Assembly: GCA_029210745.1 (NCBI GenBank)
Contig: JARGFI010000007.1
Span: 1,623-65,622, forward strand
From: Desulfuromonadales bacterium
GTDB taxonomy: Bacteria > Desulfobacterota > Desulfuromonadia > Desulfuromonadales > JAHYIW01
Length of the DNA stretch: 64,000 bases
Direction: 5' to 3'
The notes beneath the pieces are model-generated. The model searched no databases. It saw only the letters and a list, made by a program, of their open reading frames with translations, and was not told the origin of the DNA. This document shows positions 58,776 to 64,000 of the stretch, piece after piece. A program made the translations under genes and the position numbers. The stretch's first letter is position 1. Every line of letters begins with the position of its first letter.

Positions 58776-59744
58776 ATGCAAACAGTCATGGCACTGATTC
58801 GTGACGATCTGGAACAGGTCGAAGCGCAATTTAAAAAAGATCTTGATTCACAGGTATCCCTGATTCGCAAAGTCGGCGAATATGTACTGTCGAGCGGCGG
58901 CAAGCGTGTTCGGCCAATGCTGTTGTTGCTGAGTGCCCGTCTGGCCGGTTATCAAGGCTCTGCGCATGTCAGCCTGGCGGGGGTGATCGAATTCATTCAT
59001 ACCGCGACGCTGTTGCATGACGATGTGGTCGACAGCGCGGTCCTGCGCCGTGGCAATGAATCCGCCAACTCTGTGTGGGGGAATCAGGCCTCGGTTCTGG
59101 TCGGCGATTTTCTTTTGGGCCGTTCTTTTTCGGTGATGGTGGAGAACGGTGATCTGGATGTGTTGCGGGTCGTTTCCGAAGCTTCGACGCAGATGGCGGA
59201 AGGGGAGATGCTGCAACTGATCGGCTCCTGCGATATCGATATGGACGAGACGCGTTATCTTGATGTGATTCGCAATAAAACGGCCGCGTTGATTGCTGCG
59301 GCCTGTCGTTGCGGTGCGATTCTCGGGCGTCTTGATGCCGCACATGAAGAAGCGCTTTCAATGTTTGGCATGGATCTCGGCATCGCTTTTCAGATGATGG
59401 ACGATGCGCTCGATTATGTCGCTGACGAAGAGGATTTCGGCAAGACCCGTGGCCACGATCTTGCCGAAGGAAAGATGACCCTGCCACTTATCCATACGCT
59501 TCAGAACTGTTCTTCCGCCGAACGAGAGCGGGTCGAGGAGATTATTGAGCGTGGCGAACTGTCCCCGGAAGAGCTGGCGGAAGTCTGTGCTCTGATTGCC
59601 AGTTACCGCGGGATTGATTATACGCGACAGCGCGCGCGCGAGCAGATTGATTCTGCCAAAGGCCGCTTGGCACCGTTTGACAACAATGTGGCGAAAGACG
59701 CCCTGTTTTGTCTGGCCGATTATGTGGTGGAGCGCACCCGATAA
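58776..59744 (+). CDS. ispB: Octaprenyl-diphosphate synthase-like polyprenyl synthetase
   Basis: GGKRVRP, LLHDDVVD..RRG, FQMMDD, EGKMTLP. Confidence 0.9.
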   Translation: MQTVMALIRDDLEQVEAQFKKDLDSQVSLIRKVGEYVLSSGGKRVRPMLLLLSARLAGYQGSAHVSLAGVIEFIHTATLLHDDVVDSAVLRRGNESANSVWGNQASVLVGDFLLGRSFSVMVENGDLDVLRVVSEASTQMAEGEMLQLIGSCDIDMDETRYLDVIRNKTAALIAAACRCGAILGRLDAAHEEALSMFGMDLGIAFQMMDDALDYVADEEDFGKTRGHDLAEGKMTLPLIHTLQNCSSAERERVEEIIERGELSPEELAEVCALIASYRGIDYTRQRAREQIDSAKGRLAPFDNNVAKDALFCLADYVVERTR

Positions 59745-59816
59745 ACCTCTCACCCTCCTGACGCAGCTTCTGATTTATCTTTTCCCCGCCTTATCCGCAT
59801 CTGCTATAGTGCAGCG

Positions 59817-62318
59817 ATGATCAATTTTAATCTGAATTTGCGGCAGAAGGTCCTTTACGCTTTTTTTGCCCTTTCGTTGATCCCGTTATTGATTCTGGCC
59901 TTTATGTCGAGTCATAGTTTGCGGCTGGTGGAAGCTATCCTGCATGACGCGACAACCGCAGCGCTCAATGTTCAGGCAGCGCGTGCCCTTGAGATGCGTG
60001 CCGAGCTGACCGCACGCAGTGTCTCCGATTTTCTGCGCAGTATTGAGGCGGATCTGGGTGAGTTTGCTCGACTGCAACCGACCCCTGAAAATTATTTATC
60101 GTTCAGTGCCGGGCACCAACGGGAAATCTGGTATCGTGCCGGAACCAACGCCACACCGTCCGAGGTTCGCGAGCCGGTGCCGCTCTACAGTGAGCTTGCT
60201 TTTATCGACCGCAACGGCAATGAACTGTTGCGCGTGGTTGACGGCAGCCTGACGACCGCGTTGCGTAATGTCGCCGATCCGTCCGCTACGACTTATCGCA
60301 GCGAGACCTACTTTCGTGATGCGCTGGCTTTGCCGCCGGGGGAGATTTACGTTTCCCATGTCACCGGGTGGCATGTCGGCAAGGCGGATCAGCTGCGTGG
60401 TGCATCAACGCCGGAAGGTGCGGTTGAGGGAGCAACTTTTCAGGGTGTTGTCCGTTTTGCCGTCGCGACGCGCAATCCCCACGGGGAGATAACCGGGGTG
60501 GTTGTTCTTTCCTGCGATCACCGTCACCTGATGGAATTTACCCAGCATATCGACCCGACCGATAAGCGCTGGGCTGTCTTCCCCTCCTACGACAGTGGCA
60601 ATTACGCGTTCATGTTCGATAATGAGGGGTGGATCATCACCCATCCGAAATTCTGGGATATTCGCGGCGTTGATGCGCAGGGCCGATTGGTGCCGCCCTA
60701 TACGGCACATTCAACCCCGGAGGATATTGCTGCCGGGTTGATCCCCTATAATCTGCTTCATGCCGGTTTTATTCATCCCAACTATCCAGTGGTCGCCGAT
60801 GCTGTTCTTGCCGGACGTGCCGGGGTTGTCGATGTGACCAACGTTGGCGGTTCAGAGAAAATCATGGCGTTTGCACCAATTTTCTTTGCGGCGGGGAGCT
60901 ATGCCGAAAGTGGAGTGTTCGGCGGGATTACGATCGGCGCCGAACTGCGCCATTTTCACAAGGCGGCATTGTCAACTTCCGCCCTGATCACGCTTGAATT
61001 TACGCGCTTTGTCAGCCAGTCCTGGTTGCTGATCATAATGACCGCACTGCTTGTCCTGCTTGCGGCCACGTGGCTGGCGCGAAGTATCACCGGGCCGTTA
61101 TTGCAACTTATTGAGGGAACCAGGGAGATGGCGCGCGGCAATCCTGCTCCGGCGGTGCAGGTCAAGTCTCACGATGAAGTCGGCACCCTGGCCAAGTCGT
61201 TCAGTGCGATGGCGACCGAATTGCACATCCGTCGTGAACGACTGATGAAAACACTTGAGGATTTGCGGCGTTCGCGACAGGAGATCTTGCGCGAGAAAAA
61301 CTTTAAAAAGACCATCGTCGAGAATATTGATATCGGCATCCTGACTCTTTCCGCAACAGGTGAAATCAGTTCAATGAACGGTCCAGCGCGACGTATTCTG
61401 GATCTGGAGGGGGCTGAACAGTTGCACTATCGCCAGATTCTGCAATTCTGGCCGGAGGTTTTGGGAATGATTGAAGCCCCGCTGAACCTGCCCGCGCCAA
61501 AGCTGTGGAGTGATAGTGTTGAATTACGCCGCGGGGAGAAATCGCTGACCTTTCGTCTGGTTCTGTTACCGCTGGGTACGCGTGCCGCCGGAGGGTTTAT
61601 CCTGACCATTGGCGATATTACCGAACGGGTTCAGCTGCGCAACCGGGTTGAACGGATGCAGCGACTGGCGTCACTCGGACGGCTCGCGGCAGGGGTGGCA
61701 CACGAAATTCGGAATCCGTTAACCGGCGTCAATCTGCTGCTTGACGAGTTACACGACCGACTGCTCAACCACCCTGCCGATCAGCTGTTGATTCGTCGTG
61801 CGTTGGAGGAAATTGAGCGATTGGAGGGGCTGGTTAACGAACTCCTTAATTTTGCCACCTTGCCGCAGTCAAGGTTGCAGGTTGGTGACCTGGGCGGGGT
61901 GCTGATTGACACTCTCTTTCTGATTCAGAAACAGTGTCAGAAAACACACGTTGAGCTGGAGTACGATGTGCCTGAAAATCTGCCGCCATTGCAGATCGAC
62001 AAGGATAAACTGAAACAGGCATTCCTGAATATTTTGACTAATGCTCTCGATGCCATGCCGAACGGAGGGCGATTACGGGTCTGTGTTGTCACCATGGAGG
62101 ATGCTCTTCAAGTGGTTATTGAGGACAGCGGCGAGGGGATGACGGAGGAGCGGATTGCTTTAATTTTTGAACCGTTCTACACCGCCAAGGATGGTGGTAT
62201 CGGTCTCGGGCTGTCGATCACGCACAATATTATCTCCGGACACGGTGGCCGGATCGAGGTGTCCAGCCAGCCCGACAGGGGAACCACCTTTACCCTCTGG
62301 TTTCCGTTACGGCAATGA
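59817..62318 (+). CDS. Sensor histidine kinase (large periplasmic Cache-like domain, HAMP, PAS)
   Basis: TM-periplasmic-TM, HDEVGTLA, H-box AHEIRNPL, GIGLGL. Confidence 0.92.
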   Translation: MINFNLNLRQKVLYAFFALSLIPLLILAFMSSHSLRLVEAILHDATTAALNVQAARALEMRAELTARSVSDFLRSIEADLGEFARLQPTPENYLSFSAGHQREIWYRAGTNATPSEVREPVPLYSELAFIDRNGNELLRVVDGSLTTALRNVADPSATTYRSETYFRDALALPPGEIYVSHVTGWHVGKADQLRGASTPEGAVEGATFQGVVRFAVATRNPHGEITGVVVLSCDHRHLMEFTQHIDPTDKRWAVFPSYDSGNYAFMFDNEGWIITHPKFWDIRGVDAQGRLVPPYTAHSTPEDIAAGLIPYNLLHAGFIHPNYPVVADAVLAGRAGVVDVTNVGGSEKIMAFAPIFFAAGSYAESGVFGGITIGAELRHFHKAALSTSALITLEFTRFVSQSWLLIIMTALLVLLAATWLARSITGPLLQLIEGTREMARGNPAPAVQVKSHDEVGTLAKSFSAMATELHIRRERLMKTLEDLRRSRQEILREKNFKKTIVENIDIGILTLSATGEISSMNGPARRILDLEGAEQLHYRQILQFWPEVLGMIEAPLNLPAPKLWSDSVELRRGEKSLTFRLVLLPLGTRAAGGFILTIGDITERVQLRNRVERMQRLASLGRLAAGVAHEIRNPLTGVNLLLDELHDRLLNHPADQLLIRRALEEIERLEGLVNELLNFATLPQSRLQVGDLGGVLIDTLFLIQKQCQKTHVELEYDVPENLPPLQIDKDKLKQAFLNILTNALDAMPNGGRLRVCVVTMEDALQVVIEDSGEGMTEERIALIFEPFYTAKDGGIGLGLSITHNIISGHGGRIEVSSQPDRGTTFTLWFPLRQ

Positions 62319-62409
62319 AATTCTTTCGTGGCCAAAAGTTGCCATCTGGGGTATTCTTCCCCCATCGAACAACCCTCTTTCACGCGATGTCACCCATGAC
62401 TGCTGGCTG

Positions 62410-63792
62410 ATGGAAAAAATTCTGATCGTCGATGATGAATCGTTTATCCGTGAAAATATTGAGCGGATCCTCACCGAAGATGGCTATCGGCCATTTTCTT
62501 GTGATAATGGTCAGCAGGCTGTTGCGTTAGTCAGCGATGAGGAAATCGATCTGGTTTTGCTTGACCTGAATCTGGGCAGCAAGAGCGGTCTCGATGTACT
62601 GCGCGAACTCAAGGATATCGATCCGGAAGTTCTGGTGATCATTATTACCGGTTACGGAACGGTCGAAAGTGCGGTCAAGGCTCTTAAAATGGGGGCCTAT
62701 GACTATATTAAAAAACCGTTTAAAGCAGATGCCATTCGTCTGATTGTCCGGCTGGCGCTCGAAACAAAGAGCCTCAAGCGGGAATTGCGAAAGCTGCGCC
62801 GCGATGATCGCGAGCAGTTTAATTCCACCGAAATGATCGGGACAAGTTTGGCGCTGTGCGAAGTTTATCGACAGATTTGTGAAGTCGCCAAACACGAGCA
62901 TGCCACGGTGCTGATTACGGGTGAAAGTGGCACCGGCAAGGAACTTGCGGCACGCGCGGTGCACAATTTATCAGCGCGCAAAGATCGGCCCTTTATCGAG
63001 ATAAACTGCGGGTCGTTACCGCATAATCTTCTTGAGAGCGAACTGTTCGGTCATGAGCGTGGTGCCTTTACCGATGCAAAAACCCGTAAAATCGGGCTGT
63101 TTGAAGAAGCTGACGGGGGGACAATATTCCTCGATGAAATTGGCGAAATGGATATTGGTCTGCAAGTCAAGCTGCTGCGGGTGCTGGAGGATCGCAAAAT
63201 TCGTCGCCTTGGAGGCGTTCGGAATATTGATATCGATGTGCGCGTTGTCTCGGCGACCAATACCAACTTAAAGGAAGCCATCGTCGCCCGCACATTTCGC
63301 GAAGATCTCTACTATCGGCTCAATGTATTCCCTTTGCACATGCCCCCGTTGCGCGAGCGCAGCGAGGATATACCGCGTCTCCTCGATCACTTTCTGCAGC
63401 GCTTTTGCCGTGAATTCAATAAACCTCCCCGCGAAATTTCCCGCGAGGCTCTCGATCTGCTGATGCACTACTCCTGGCCTGGCAATGTGCGTGAATTACG
63501 CAATCTTGTCGAACGGATCTGCATCATGTACGATGTTGCGGTGATTGGTCCCAAGTGTTTGCCGAAAGAATTGTTCACTGAAGCCGAAACCGCCGATTTC
63601 GTTCCGGCGACAGATATTCCTCCGGGTGGAATTGTTCTTGAAGAAGTCATGGCACGGCTGGAAAAGGAACTTATCGTTCGAGCAGTGGAAATTACCGGCG
63701 GCAACATTGCAAAGTCAGCGCGCTTGCTGAATATTCCGCGCGGAACCTTGCGTTATAAACTGAGAAAATACGACCATGGCAAAAGCTCCTGA
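62410..63792 (+). CDS. Sigma54-dependent response regulator (NtrC family)
   Basis: REC, GESGTGKE, GAFTDA, WPGNVREL, Fis HTH; start moved to ATG 62410. Confidence 0.95.
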   Translation: MEKILIVDDESFIRENIERILTEDGYRPFSCDNGQQAVALVSDEEIDLVLLDLNLGSKSGLDVLRELKDIDPEVLVIIITGYGTVESAVKALKMGAYDYIKKPFKADAIRLIVRLALETKSLKRELRKLRRDDREQFNSTEMIGTSLALCEVYRQICEVAKHEHATVLITGESGTGKELAARAVHNLSARKDRPFIEINCGSLPHNLLESELFGHERGAFTDAKTRKIGLFEEADGGTIFLDEIGEMDIGLQVKLLRVLEDRKIRRLGGVRNIDIDVRVVSATNTNLKEAIVARTFREDLYYRLNVFPLHMPPLRERSEDIPRLLDHFLQRFCREFNKPPREISREALDLLMHYSWPGNVRELRNLVERICIMYDVAVIGPKCLPKELFTEAETADFVPATDIPPGGIVLEEVMARLEKELIVRAVEITGGNIAKSARLLNIPRGTLRYKLRKYDHGKSS

Positions 63793-63875
63793 CACGCCTT
63801 GAACCGTTTTAATTTTGCAATCGATTCAGTCGTGCTGTTTTTTGTTTTTACTGATAACAGGGGGTGGACGAGACG

Positions 63876-64000
63876 ATGGGTAAACGAATTCTGGTAGCCG
63901 ATGACTCCCGGACAGTGCTGCGTATTTTGCGTTTGTCGCTGGAAAAGAGTGTCTATGAAATTTGCGCGGTTGAAAACGGGCTTGATGCTTTTAATCTTTT
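63876..64000 (+). CDS. Receiver-domain protein (5' part; runs off window)
   Basis: MGKRILVADDSRTVLRILRLSLE... Confidence 0.8.
   Translation, partial: MGKRILVADDSRTVLRILRLSLEKSVYEICAVENGLDAFNL

Noticed and set aside
1-64000. CRISPR array, prophage, rRNA, tRNA or defence system
   Set aside because: No regularly spaced repeats, phage or defence motifs, or RNA gene signatures were seen on manual reading

Overview
Gene-dense, mostly minus-strand chromosomal segment of a Desulfuromonadales-like deltaproteobacterium; the lineage is inferred from the gene set (OmcB-like dodecaheme cytochrome, c3-type cytochrome, ndk-rlmN-mtnP-pfkB-TPR-rodZ order). 1-31 kb is largely housekeeping and envelope genes: udg, coaBC, yhaM, rlmN, ndk, an MBOAT/SGNH O-acylation pair, an L,D-transpeptidase facing an Lpp/OprI-like lipoprotein, rph-rdgB, an amidase and gltBD. 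32.6-41.7 kb is a selenium cluster: selA-selB-selD, where selD has an in-frame UGA (Sec16) and a SECIS-like hairpin that the ORF track misses. Upstream on the same strand lie an ArsR regulator and an overlapping YeeE/TusA/soluble PAS histidine kinase module, and a Cys-rich ArsP-type permease with a sigma54-type promoter converges on selD. This is the best candidate for an undescribed system (Se/S uptake coupled to sensing). A structured, terminator-overlapping 5' leader (candidate metal riboswitch) precedes a Ca2+/Na+ antiporter gene. 44-57 kb is respiratory: a tetraheme c3, an internally deleted IS200, an orphan 12-heme lipoprotein cytochrome, a nested palindromic mini-element and a complete cbb3 oxidase operon with a diheme CcoO and monoheme CcoP. 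The end holds two-component genes and ispB. No rRNA, tRNA or CRISPR array was recognised. All calls come from reading motifs by eye; no database searches were run.
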